This document shows positions 40,435 to 50,204 of a stretch of 64,000 nucleotides of DNA, in pieces. Made by a program: the position numbers and the translations under genes. The DNA is taken from assembly GCA_963844715.1 (NCBI GenBank), contig CAWJPJ010000004.1, positions 64,001-128,000 of the forward strand. The letters run 5' to 3'. Within the stretch, counting starts at the first letter, position 1. Every line of letters starts with the position of its first letter. Source of the stretch: an uncultured Phycisphaerales bacterium. Its GTDB lineage: Bacteria; Planctomycetota; Phycisphaerae; Tepidisphaerales; Tepidisphaeraceae. The notes beneath the pieces were generated by a model. The model searched no databases and had not been told where the DNA came from. It was given only the letters and a program-made list of their open reading frames with translations.

Positions 40435-43128
40435 ATGAAAAGGGCGTTGATCATCTTGTCGGCGGCGGTTTTGCTGGCCGGCGGATGCGCCAGCCAGATG
40501 GCGGCGCCGCCGCGCGCCAGTGCGCCGAAGACGCTTCCCGCGGCCGCGGATGCGGGAAATCCGAAGGCCTATCTGACGCTGGATGAGATTCTGCCGGCGC
40601 CGGTCTTATCTGCTGAACCGACGAGTCGTCCGACCGACCCAACCCCCTCGCGGGCATTGCAGCTTTTTGCGCGCGGGTTGGACCAGTTGTGGACCCATGA
40701 GCCGTACCAGGCGGTGGAGTCTTTTCAGGAGGCGCTGAAGCTCGATCCGTATAGTTACGACTTGAACGATGAACTGGGGATGGCCGAGCTGGAACGGATG
40801 CAGGTTCCGACCGAGGATTCGTTTGCCGCGTTTGAAACGGCGTCGGCGCTTCGGCCGCAGGATATGCAGATGCATCTGCTGCTGGGGCGGCAATACATGT
40901 CGGTGGGGAATGCCCAGAAGGCGCTGGATCACCTGCGGCTGGCGATGCAGACGGACGAGTACAAGCGCGATGCCGTGGGATCGGGGCCGGTGGAATTATA
41001 TCTCGCGCGGGCTTTGGAGACGCTGGGGTACGACCAGGCGGCGGTGGACGCTTATCTGCTGGTCAGCGACCGGGTGGCTCATCCCACTAGCGACATGTTT
41101 CGCGACCCGGACATGTCTTATGCCGTCAATGCGCCGCATCTCATCATGCTCCAGGAGGCGGAGATTTATGAGCGTCTTGGCCAATACGAAAATGCCCTGA
41201 CTCTTTATGAAAATCTTTCGGACACGGATCGGGCGACGTTTATCCTGCAGGCGCAGGTGGTGCGGATGCTGGTTCGCCTTGGCCGGCTGGACGAGGCGAT
41301 CGGACGCGCGGCGGATATTGTCACTCTCTTTGGGGCCGATTCGGAGTCTCTGAAACTTTTGCACGAAACGTGCTACGGCGTCAGCCCGAAGCGCGAAGCG
41401 GAGGTGTTGCAGAAGCTCCACGATCAGAATCCGCAGGACCGCGGGGTATTATTTGCCCTGGCGGACGCATTGGTTGCGGTCAATCAGTCGGATGATGCGC
41501 GGAAGCTGCTGACCGACTCCCTGAACGAGAACCCACAGGACACGCAGATCGTCCGCAAGCTGTTCGAGCTTGAAATGTCGGCGGGGGATTCGATTGCGGC
41601 GGCGAAACTGCTGGTCATGCAAATGGCGGGTGAGCCGGATACGCTGGGGGATCTGTCGCCGATGATCTCCGAATTGCTGCGGCCAACCGGGCGGAATTCG
41701 CTGCGGCCGGCGCAAATCGAGAAGCTCGATGTTCCGGACTTTGCCGAGGCGGCGAAACTGACGTTGGTTGCCGAAGCGGCCGATCTTTGGCGCCGCGATG
41801 CGCTGGAGCGGTCGAGCATCGAACAGGCGGTCAAATTATCTCCGCCGTTTGCGCCGGCTTATCGCCGATTCATCGTTCAGCAATGGGACCGGCAGGATTT
41901 GAACCGGGATCAGAAGGTTCAGGTCAGCGAAAAGTTGGCGGCCCAGGCGGAGGGGGGCGGGAATCCGGCGCTGGCGGCGGAATTGCGGGGGCTTTCACTT
42001 GCGTATCAGGGGAAATACTCGGAGGCCGCCGATCAACTTGAAACGGCGATGCGGATCGATCCGGATTCGCCGGAGCTGCAGCTCACTTACGCCGCGGCGC
42101 TGGGGAAGCTCAATCGCTCGTTGGATTGCGAGCAGGCGCTGTGGCGGATTGCCGCCAAATGGCAGCAGAACGATTCGGCGTGGGCGGCGCTGTACGAATT
42201 TTATAATCAGACCAATCGCGATCCGCAGGCGATCGCGGTTTTGGTGCAGTGGCTGAAGGCGAATCCCGCCAGCGCGGATGCGCGGGTGCTGGAGGCCAAA
42301 TGGTCGGCGTCGCATGGGCAGGAGCAATATGCCCTGAACGAGCTGGCGGAGTTGCTGCATGATCACTCGGACGATCTTCAACTGATCACCAAGATTGAAT
42401 CGGCGTATATTTCGATCAATCATGGGCCCGATTTCGTGCAGACGCTGGTGGCGCTGCGCCGCGACCAGCCGACGAATCTGACGGTTGTGTCGATTCTGGC
42501 CGACATTTTTGCGCATTCGGGCAGGCCGGATATCGCCCTGGCGCTTTTGGATGAGACGCGCAAGGTGGTCGGCTCGGATGGCGATCTGCTTTACGAAGTC
42601 GCGACGCTTTATCACGAGATCGGGCAGGCGGACACTTCGGAGCAGGTGTTGGAGCAGGTTTTGCAGGTCGATCCGAATAGCGCGGCGGCCAACAACGATC
42701 TGGGATTTGCGTGGGCGGATGAGGGGAAGAATCTTGGGCAGGCGGAGAAGATGATTCGCCTGGCGGTTGCGGCGGAGCCGGACAACGAGGCGTTTTTGGA
42801 CAGCCTGGGGTGGGTTCTTTACAAGCAGTCGCGGTTTGGCGATGCGGTGGAATATTTCAAGCAGGCGATCGGCAATTCGCCGGCGCCGGATGCGGAAATA
42901 CTGGATCATTACGGGGACGATCTTTATCGACTGGGCGAACCGGCGCAGGCGATGGCGCAGTGGAAGCGGGCGATGTGGGGGTTGGGACAGAACGATTCCG
43001 AGGACGAGGACGCCGGCTCGCTGAGGCGGTCGATCGGGGCGAAGCTACGCGCGGCGGGGGCGGGGAAACCGGTTGGCACGGCGCCGGTGGGCGGCGAATC
43101 GGCGACCACGCAGCCTTTTGGCAGTTAA
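40435..43128 (+). CDS. TPR-repeat lipoprotein
   Basis: LAGGC lipobox; many TPR helices; ANNDLGF..AD, FLDSLGWVLYK, EILDHYGD. Confidence 0.85.
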   Translation: MKRALIILSAAVLLAGGCASQMAAPPRASAPKTLPAAADAGNPKAYLTLDEILPAPVLSAEPTSRPTDPTPSRALQLFARGLDQLWTHEPYQAVESFQEALKLDPYSYDLNDELGMAELERMQVPTEDSFAAFETASALRPQDMQMHLLLGRQYMSVGNAQKALDHLRLAMQTDEYKRDAVGSGPVELYLARALETLGYDQAAVDAYLLVSDRVAHPTSDMFRDPDMSYAVNAPHLIMLQEAEIYERLGQYENALTLYENLSDTDRATFILQAQVVRMLVRLGRLDEAIGRAADIVTLFGADSESLKLLHETCYGVSPKREAEVLQKLHDQNPQDRGVLFALADALVAVNQSDDARKLLTDSLNENPQDTQIVRKLFELEMSAGDSIAAAKLLVMQMAGEPDTLGDLSPMISELLRPTGRNSLRPAQIEKLDVPDFAEAAKLTLVAEAADLWRRDALERSSIEQAVKLSPPFAPAYRRFIVQQWDRQDLNRDQKVQVSEKLAAQAEGGGNPALAAELRGLSLAYQGKYSEAADQLETAMRIDPDSPELQLTYAAALGKLNRSLDCEQALWRIAAKWQQNDSAWAALYEFYNQTNRDPQAIAVLVQWLKANPASADARVLEAKWSASHGQEQYALNELAELLHDHSDDLQLITKIESAYISINHGPDFVQTLVALRRDQPTNLTVVSILADIFAHSGRPDIALALLDETRKVVGSDGDLLYEVATLYHEIGQADTSEQVLEQVLQVDPNSAAANNDLGFAWADEGKNLGQAEKMIRLAVAAEPDNEAFLDSLGWVLYKQSRFGDAVEYFKQAIGNSPAPDAEILDHYGDDLYRLGEPAQAMAQWKRAMWGLGQNDSEDEDAGSLRRSIGAKLRAAGAGKPVGTAPVGGESATTQPFGS

Positions 43129-43139
43129 AGGGAGCGAAC

Positions 43140-43874
43140 ATGGCCGGACATAGTCACTGGGCGAAAATCAAGCGTGCGAAAGGGGCCAACGACGCCAAGC
43201 GCGGCAAGGTCTGGAGCAAGATCGCCCGCAAGATTATTATCGCGGCGAGGAACGGCGGCGATCCGCGGGATAATCTTTCGCTGCGGTATACGATCGACGA
43301 AGCGAAGGCCGCGAATATGCCGAAGGACACGATCGAAAAAGCGATCATGAAGGGGACGGGGGAACTGGGCGCGGAAAATTACGAATCGGTCGTTTATGAA
43401 GCATATGCGCCCGGGGGCGTGGCGCTGATGATCGAGGGGCTTACGAACAACCGGGCACGCACCGCGCCCGAGCTTCGCTCGATCTTTGAAAAACATGGCG
43501 GGAGCCTTGCCGCGAGCGGGGCGGTGGCTTTTCAGTTCGTCAAACAGGGGCTGATCACCATTCGCACGGACGCGGTTGAAGAGGATCGGCTGCTGGAGGT
43601 GGCTCTGGAAAGCGGCGCGGAGGATGTGAAGAACGAGGGGGAGGTGTACGAAGTCGTCACTATGCCGGGGACTTTGATGAAGGTGAGGGACGGGATCGCG
43701 GCGGCGAAAATCCCCGTCGAGGCGGCGGAAATTGCCAATATCCCGACCAGCACGGTTCCGATAGACGTCGAGCGGGCACAAAAGCTGCTGAAGCTGATCG
43801 ATATTCTGGAAGACAACGACGACGTGCAGACGGTCAGCCACAACGCCGAGATTCCTGAGGGCGTGGAAGTGTGA
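43140..43874 (+). CDS. yebC: YebC/PmpR family protein
   Basis: MAGHSHWAKIKRAK, ANMPKD, YEAYAPGG, LEDNDDVQTVSHN. Confidence 0.95.
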   Translation: MAGHSHWAKIKRAKGANDAKRGKVWSKIARKIIIAARNGGDPRDNLSLRYTIDEAKAANMPKDTIEKAIMKGTGELGAENYESVVYEAYAPGGVALMIEGLTNNRARTAPELRSIFEKHGGSLAASGAVAFQFVKQGLITIRTDAVEEDRLLEVALESGAEDVKNEGEVYEVVTMPGTLMKVRDGIAAAKIPVEAAEIANIPTSTVPIDVERAQKLLKLIDILEDNDDVQTVSHNAEIPEGVEV

Positions 43875-43974
43875 GTTCTGCGGCTGTCGGTATTTCGCAT
43901 CCTTTACATTACTGCATGAAACCACGGCCTATGGCCGTGCGACGCTGTGTGGCTCTGCCGATCCACAAATTTAT

Positions 43975-44090
43975 CCTCTCTCCCCAAGTAACCATGTGGA
44001 GAGGGTTTGGGTGAGGGGCGACACTCAACGATCGGAAAATGCCCCTCACCCTAACCCACCGTGCCGGAACTAAAGGAAGGGGAGAGGGGA
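43975..44090. repeat. Inverted doublet of CCCTCACCCT...GGAGAGGG REP-like elements
   Basis: TCCTCTCTCCCC...GGAGAGGGTTTGGGTGAGGGG, then CCCCTCACCCTAACCC ACCGTGCCGGAACT...GGGGAGAGGGG. Confidence 0.7.
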
Positions 44091-44195
44091 CAAATGCGCG
44101 AGCCCTCTCCCCGGAGTCGCAAAGCCGTCGAAATTGTTGTCCCAGTTTCGCCCAGGGCGCACATTGCTGGTTTGATGACTCAGGGAATCGCCGCC

Positions 44196-45742
44196 ATGGA
44201 TCCATCGCGAGTGCTACAGGAGTATGCCGACACGGGGTCGGACGAGGCCTTTGGGGCTTTGGCCGAGAAGTACATGGGGTTGGTTTACTCGGCTTGCCTT
44301 CGGCAGCTTAAGGACCGGCATCTGGCGGAGGATGCTTGCCAGGCGGTGTTTCTGCTGCTGAGTCAGAAAGCGCGGGGGTTGCGTCAGGATTATCTGGCGG
44401 GGTGGTTGCTCACGACGGCGCGCTACGCATGCGCGAACATTCGAAAAAGCGAGGACCGGCGGCAACGCCGCGAGAAGGCGGTCGCGATGAACGTACACGC
44501 CGCGGTGGATTCTTCGAATGATCTGCTCGACTTTCTTGACGATGCTCTGGGTCATTTGAAGAGCGGTGATCGCGAAGCACTGGTTTTGCGATATTTGAGG
44601 GAACAGCCGGTGAGCGAGATCGCGGCGGCTTTGGGGATTTCCGAAGAGGCGGCGCACAAGCGGATCGGGCGGGGGATGGAAAAGTTGCGCGGGTATTTCT
44701 CGCGCCGCGGGATCACGGCCGATTCGGCAGCGCTTGGGGCGGTTTTGATGGAGCAGTTACGCGGAACGTTTCTTACGCCGCAGGCGCGGCAGACGATCAC
44801 GCAAGGCCTGCTGGATGTTTGCCATGCGGGAAATCAGGGCACGGCGGCGAGCGTCGCCATCGCGAAAGGAACTCAAACCATGATGATCATGACGAAAGTA
44901 AAGGTTGCGGCCAGTGTCGCGGCGGTTCTTGCCGGCTTGGGAACCGGCGGCTGGATGATTTCGCGGGCGATCGCGGATAAAACCGTTTCGGATCAAACGG
45001 CGATTCCCGCGCCGGCGGCTGCTCCGAGCGTGGCGGCTTTGGCGCCGGCTCCGGCGCTGCAACACAGCCTGGGGCGATCGATCTGAGCAGCCCGGGGGCA
45101 ACCGTTACATCATTTTTCCGAGCGGTAAGTCAGGGGGATCGGGCGGCGACCTACGAGTGCATGACGGCCGATCCCAATCGGACGGCGACTGAAATCGACG
45201 CGATGCTTGCCTGGAACTTGGCGCAGAATCGTCTGATTCACGCCGCCGCGCTGACTTATGGGGACAGCGGCTCGGAGGTGCGGAGAATCAATACGCTGGA
45301 TAGCGTTGCCCTGCTCATCGCGGCGGTGCCGCCCACTGCGGAAATCGACGGCGATTCGGCCACGATGGTCGTCAATATTCCACCGGCGGTGATCGCGATG
45401 GCCCCGGCTGGTTTGCAATCCGTGTTGGGCCAGTGGTCCAACGCGACGGTCTATTTTCAAAAACAGGGGGAGCAATGGAGATTGGATATCGATCGTTCAC
45501 TGCGCGTGGAAATTAAGCTTCAGTTAAGGCCGCCGGAACAGGTCGATACGGCCGTGGAGATCGGTATTATGACGGACAATGCGCAGGAGTATGACCGAGT
45601 CGCCGGGGAGATTGAGAATGGGAACTTGCCGACGCCCGGCGAGGCGGCGCAGGCTTTGAAACTTGCCGGTCGGATGGTCGGCGCAAAGTACGGGATCTCA
45701 TCCATGCAATTCACGATCCTGCCGGCGCACATCGCGAATTAG
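44196..45742 (+). CDS. ECF sigma-70 factor with TM helix and C-terminal extension (frameshift ~45075)
   Basis: AFGAL..KYMGLVYSAC, AEDACQAVF, LAGWL, DREALVLRY, IAAALGISEEAAHKRI.RG; TM at VAASVAAVLAGLGTGGW; continues DLSSPGATV... into the 45161 ORF. Confidence 0.8.
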
Positions 45743-45774
45743 GCACGGCGAGATCATGGGAAATATGCGCGAAC

Positions 45775-47426
45775 ATGATCAAGGGGCGATTCAATCCGCG
45801 CATTATCCTGGCAATTCTGGCGCTGCTGTCGTCGCTTGGGTTTTTGTATTTTTCGCGAAGCGATCATGTTCCGCATGATCCGGAATCGCGGGTGAAACCG
45901 GAGGTTTTTTGGGCCGCGATCGGGCGTGCGAATTCGGCGCAAAGGCCGACGAACATTGTGGTCTATCCGGCGCGAATGGGTGTGCAACTGGTCACTTGCA
46001 CGGGTCATCCGCCCAATGGGCCGTCTTTGGATAAGTATCTGTACGTAAAGCTGGGGCCGGGGGACCGGACGGTCGAGGCGCGACTCACGCAACTGGGGAT
46101 ATCCTTTGAAACGCCGTGGTGGGATTCAGATCGGATGCGGTATGGGCCGTGGGTTGGCGTGGCGGTGGCGATCATTCTCCTGATTATTCCTGCTGTGACT
46201 GAACTGTGGCGCATCGCCGGGCAAGCTCCGGCTCGGGGGTCTCATGCTCCAGTGCCTGCGCCGGTCGCGCCGACTTCGGCGGATTTTCAGAAGGTGCGCG
46301 AGTTGGAGGAGGCGATGGAAAGCGCTTTGAGCAATTCGACGGGCGGCGACTTCAGTTTCCGGCGTCCCGGTGCAAACGGCTGCCACAACCGCAGCGCCCG
46401 TGCTTTCCGGCGGGCCGCTGGAGGCGATTAAGGCGGCCGAACAGGAGAAAAAGGATTATGCCGGGGAGTTCTATCCTGTTGAGCATCCGAACCCGAAGCG
46501 CGATTTTACGCTTGTGGAATTGCTGGTCGTGATCGGCATTATCGCGATTCTGTTTTCGCTTTTGCTGCCGACGCTGGCGGGAGCGCAGGCAGGATGCGAA
46601 TCAAATTGTCTGCGCGGCCAACCGTCATAACATCGGCGTCGCGCTGGCGGCATACGAGGCACAGCACGACGGGGCGATCCCGGCTTCATACAGTTATCAC
46701 GGCCAGCAAATCGTCAATGGAAAGCAGTCCTATACGGATCAGGGATATGTCCACTGGAGCTATTTCCTTTATAGCCATGGGATGGTTTCGGAAGAGGCGT
46801 TTACGTGTCCGGAGATGGACGGCGGGGGGCTGCCGCCGACTAATACGACGCCTGCGAATCGCCTGCCTGGGCAGATGGATGACACGCCGGGGGCGATCGA
46901 CGATCAAGCGGACCGGGTGGCTTATACGCTCAACGAAGCGCTTTCTCCGCGCAACAAGTTCGTGCTGGGATTTCAGGAGGCGGTGCGGACGTATCATTTC
47001 GTGCACGCGTCGTCGATTCCGCATCCGAGCAGCACGATTCTGGCCAGCGAGTGGGGACCGATGGGTGCGAGATACCCGACTTCCACGGGCACCGGCTTCT
47101 ATATCTATAGCCACCGTCCGGTGCATGGGTTTGTCGGGCTGGACGGGACGCTGGAGATGTATCTACTGAATCCCGGCGTGGGGTATCGGCGCGTGACTGC
47201 GGCGGATCTCGACCCGGACCCGGTGAGTGCTTCGGATTCCGGGACGCGACTGGATTGGGTGGGTCGAAATCATGGGCATGTTCAGGGGTATCCCAACGAG
47301 AATCGGACGAACTTCCTTTATCTTGATGGGCATGTGGAGTGCAAGACGATTTATGAAACGCTGATGCCGTTTGAGTGGGGGGATAAGTTTTATACGTTGG
47401 AGCCGAATGATGATCTGCGGCCGTAA
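45775..47426 (+). CDS. Membrane protein fused to an internal prepilin-type helix and H-X-DG (DUF1559-like) domain (two frameshifts)
   Basis: Two TMs, then YAGEFYP..PKRDFTLVELLVVIGIIAILFSLLLP, CAAN..NIG, FTCP, NH...TNFLYLDGHV. Confidence 0.75.
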
Positions 47427-47565
47427 AACTAAATGGGGGGGCATGATTGCGGCAGATCGGAGGACACGCCCCGCAAGCGGGGCCGCTAAAGCGGGGAGTG
47501 AGGATGTCGCTGAATCGCGGTCTTTTATTGGTGGCCTTTTTTGCGGGGATGCTAAAATTGTCAGC

Positions 47566-47775
47566 ATGCAGTTGAACGACCTGATCGTGCGCGATCCGAC
47601 AATTTCGGGCGGGGAACCTGTTATCCGCGGCACGCGCGTGACGCTCCGGGCGATCCTTGCGTCGCTTGCGGACGGTGATTCAGTGGAGCAGATCGTCGGA
47701 AGCTTTCCGTCGTTGAATGCTGAGCAAATTCGAGCATTAATCAGCGACAAAAAGTTGCGCGAGCGAACGAGATAA
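47566..47775 (+). CDS. DUF433 domain protein (antitoxin-like)
   Basis: IVRDPTISGGEPVIRGTRV...LADGDSVEQIVGSFPSL. Confidence 0.85.
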   Translation: MQLNDLIVRDPTISGGEPVIRGTRVTLRAILASLADGDSVEQIVGSFPSLNAEQIRALISDKKLRERTR

Positions 47776-47784
47776 ACGCTGCGA

Positions 47785-49087
47785 TTAACCCTTGGCCAAT
47801 CCCGCGAATTCTTCGCCGCGGTGCTCGAAATTTATGTATTGATCGTAGCTGGCGAAGCCGGGGCTGAGGAGGATTACGTCGCCGGGGGCGGCGATTTTTC
47901 TGGCGATGGTGGCGGCGGTGGGGAGGTCGTGGCAGCGATAGGCGGGGGCGGTGCTTTCGCGCGGGGATTGCTCGATTAGTTCGGCGATTTTTTCGCCGGT
48001 GGCGCCGATGCATAGGACAGCTTTTGCGCGGTCGATCAGGGCGGCGCAGAGGGAGGTGATGGGGAGTTTTTTGTCGTATCCGCCTACGATTTGGATGACT
48101 TTTCTGGGGGGGAAGGACTGAAGGGCCGCGATTGCGGCGTCGGGGATGGTGGCGATGGAGTCGTTGAACCAGCGGATGGAATTGGAATCGGCGACGAGTT
48201 GGAGGCGGTGGGGCAGGCCGTGGAAATCGGCGAGGGCGGACTGGGCCTGGGAGAAATCGACGCCGAAGATGGCAGCGGCGGTGAAGGCGGCCTGGGCGTT
48301 GAGCTGGTTGTGCTCGCCGGGGACGTGGAGGTCGAAACGTTTTCGGTTGCGGGTTCCGAAAAAGATGATTTTCCCGGGGGCTTCGCGGGCAAATCCCGCC
48401 GAGCCGGGGTCCTGCTCGTTGAGGACGGCGTAATCGTGCGGGCCCTGGAAGCGCAGAATGTTTTTCTTGGCGTCTAAATAGGCCTCGGCGGAGCCGTGCC
48501 ATTCCAGGTGATCGGCGGAGATCATGGTCACGACGGCGACGTGGGGGGACCAGCGCGATTCGCGCAGGTGCTCGAGCATGAAGCTGGATAGTTCGAGAAT
48601 TACCAGATCGCCCGTTGTGATATTCGGGAGTTCGGGCAGGAGGGAGCGGCCGATGTTTCCGCCGATCCAGGCGTGGAATTGCGCGGAAAGGATTTTGTTG
48701 AGCATGGCGGCGCAGGTGGATTTGCCCTTGGTGCCGGTGACGCCGAGGATTTTGGCGGGGCAGCGCTCGATGAAGAGTCGGATTTCGGTGGTGATGGGGA
48801 CGCCGGCGGCCCGCGGCGGTCTGGAGATAATTGTTTTGCGGGGCGAGGGCGGGGGAGGCGACGATCAGGTCGGTGTTTATAAAATCCTGATCGCGATGGC
48901 CGCCGAGTTGAAATTCGATCGGGAGGCCCACGAGTTGTTTGACGGAATCGGCCAATTTCTCGGGGGAGTCTTTATCGGTGACGAGGACATTGGCGCCTTG
49001 CTGACAGAGCCATCGCGCCGCCGCGATTCCGCCGCCGAATCGCCCCAGGCCTGCCACGGTCACGCGTTTTCCCGCCAGGGAGTCCAT
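47785..49087 (-). CDS. murD: UDP-N-acetylmuramoylalanine--D-glutamate ligase (frameshift ~48815)
   Basis: VAGLGRFGGG, GVTGTKGKST, GGNIG, LELSSF, DHLEWH, LPHRLQ, NDSIAT, LLSPGFASYDQ. Confidence 0.93.
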
Positions 49088-49091
49088 GGGT

Positions 49092-50024
49092 TCAGCCGCT
49101 TAAGACCTGCGAAACGTCCTGCTTCATATCCAGCACGGCGGCTTCGACGCATTTTTCCCAGTTGTTTCCAAACTTGGAGGAATATTTCGCCTCTTTGTGG
49201 GCGTAAAGAATGCTTCGGCTTGCCGAGACGATTGCGCCTTTGCCGGCGATGAACGTGGCTCGGGTCATTTCCGCGGTGGCGCCTTGTGCGCCGTAGCCGG
49301 GAAGGAGAAAGATGGATTTCGGGAGCAGTTTGCGGAGGCTTTGCATGGTGTGGGGCTGAGTTGCGCCGACGACCGCGCCCAGGCCGCTGAAGCCGCGCGA
49401 TCCGATCCATGGGGTCGCGAGGGCGTTCAGTTTTGCGGCGAGCATTTCCGACCAGGTTTCGCCGGTTTCGAGTTTGACATCCTGCAATTCGGCGGAGCCG
49501 GGATTGCTGGTGCGCACGAGGACGAAAAGGCCCTTGTCGGCGTCGCGGGCGGTTTGAATGAACGGCTGCAAGGTGTCGAGCCCTAGCATGGGATTTACGG
49601 TGATCGCGTCGGGGGTGGCGGCCTCGTTCTCGTCTTCGTTGGAGCGGTCTTCCAAGTGAGCGGCGGCGTAGGCGCTGGCGGTTGAGCCGATGTCTCCGCG
49701 CTTGACGTCGCCGATGGTGAGCAAGCCGAGCTGTCGGGCCTCCTCGATCAGGTTGTAATAGGCCTCGACGCCTTCCCAATGGTATTTTTCGAAAAAAGCG
49801 GATTGGAATTTCACGATGGGGACGAGGGGGGCGACGACTTTGAGGAGGCGGATTGTGAAATCGAAGATGGCGTCGAGGGCGGCGTCGGATTCGTTTTCAG
49901 CGGAGGCGAATCTGCCTCGGGCGGAATCGGGGAGGGATTCCAGGATGGGGTCGACGCCTACACAGATGGGGGCGCCGGTTCGATCGATGGCGTCGAGAAG
50001 GCGGTCGCTGAACGGTTTGGACAT
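49092..50024 (-). CDS. pyrF: Orotidine-5'-phosphate decarboxylase (type 2)
   Basis: CVGVDP, KFQSAFFE, DVKRGDIGST, RTSNPGS, GAVVGAT, LLPGYGAQG, SASRSI. Confidence 0.95.
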   Translation of the reverse strand: MSKPFSDRLLDAIDRTGAPICVGVDPILESLPDSARGRFASAENESDAALDAIFDFTIRLLKVVAPLVPIVKFQSAFFEKYHWEGVEAYYNLIEEARQLGLLTIGDVKRGDIGSTASAYAAAHLEDRSNEDENEAATPDAITVNPMLGLDTLQPFIQTARDADKGLFVLVRTSNPGSAELQDVKLETGETWSEMLAAKLNALATPWIGSRGFSGLGAVVGATQPHTMQSLRKLLPKSIFLLPGYGAQGATAEMTRATFIAGKGAIVSASRSILYAHKEAKYSSKFGNNWEKCVEAAVLDMKQDVSQVLSG

Positions 50025-50204
50025 TGGGGCGGATGATAGTCTTTTTTTCGCTCTGCCGGTACTGGGCTACATTTTCCGGGTTTCGCGCAAGCCTGCTGAA
50101 ATCAAATGCGAGTTGAACCGCGGAGAGCGCCCGCCGCGGCGGGTGGACTCTGATCGCGGAGATCGGAGGAGGGGGAAAATTCGAGAGGGACGGGGTGAGG
50201 ATCG

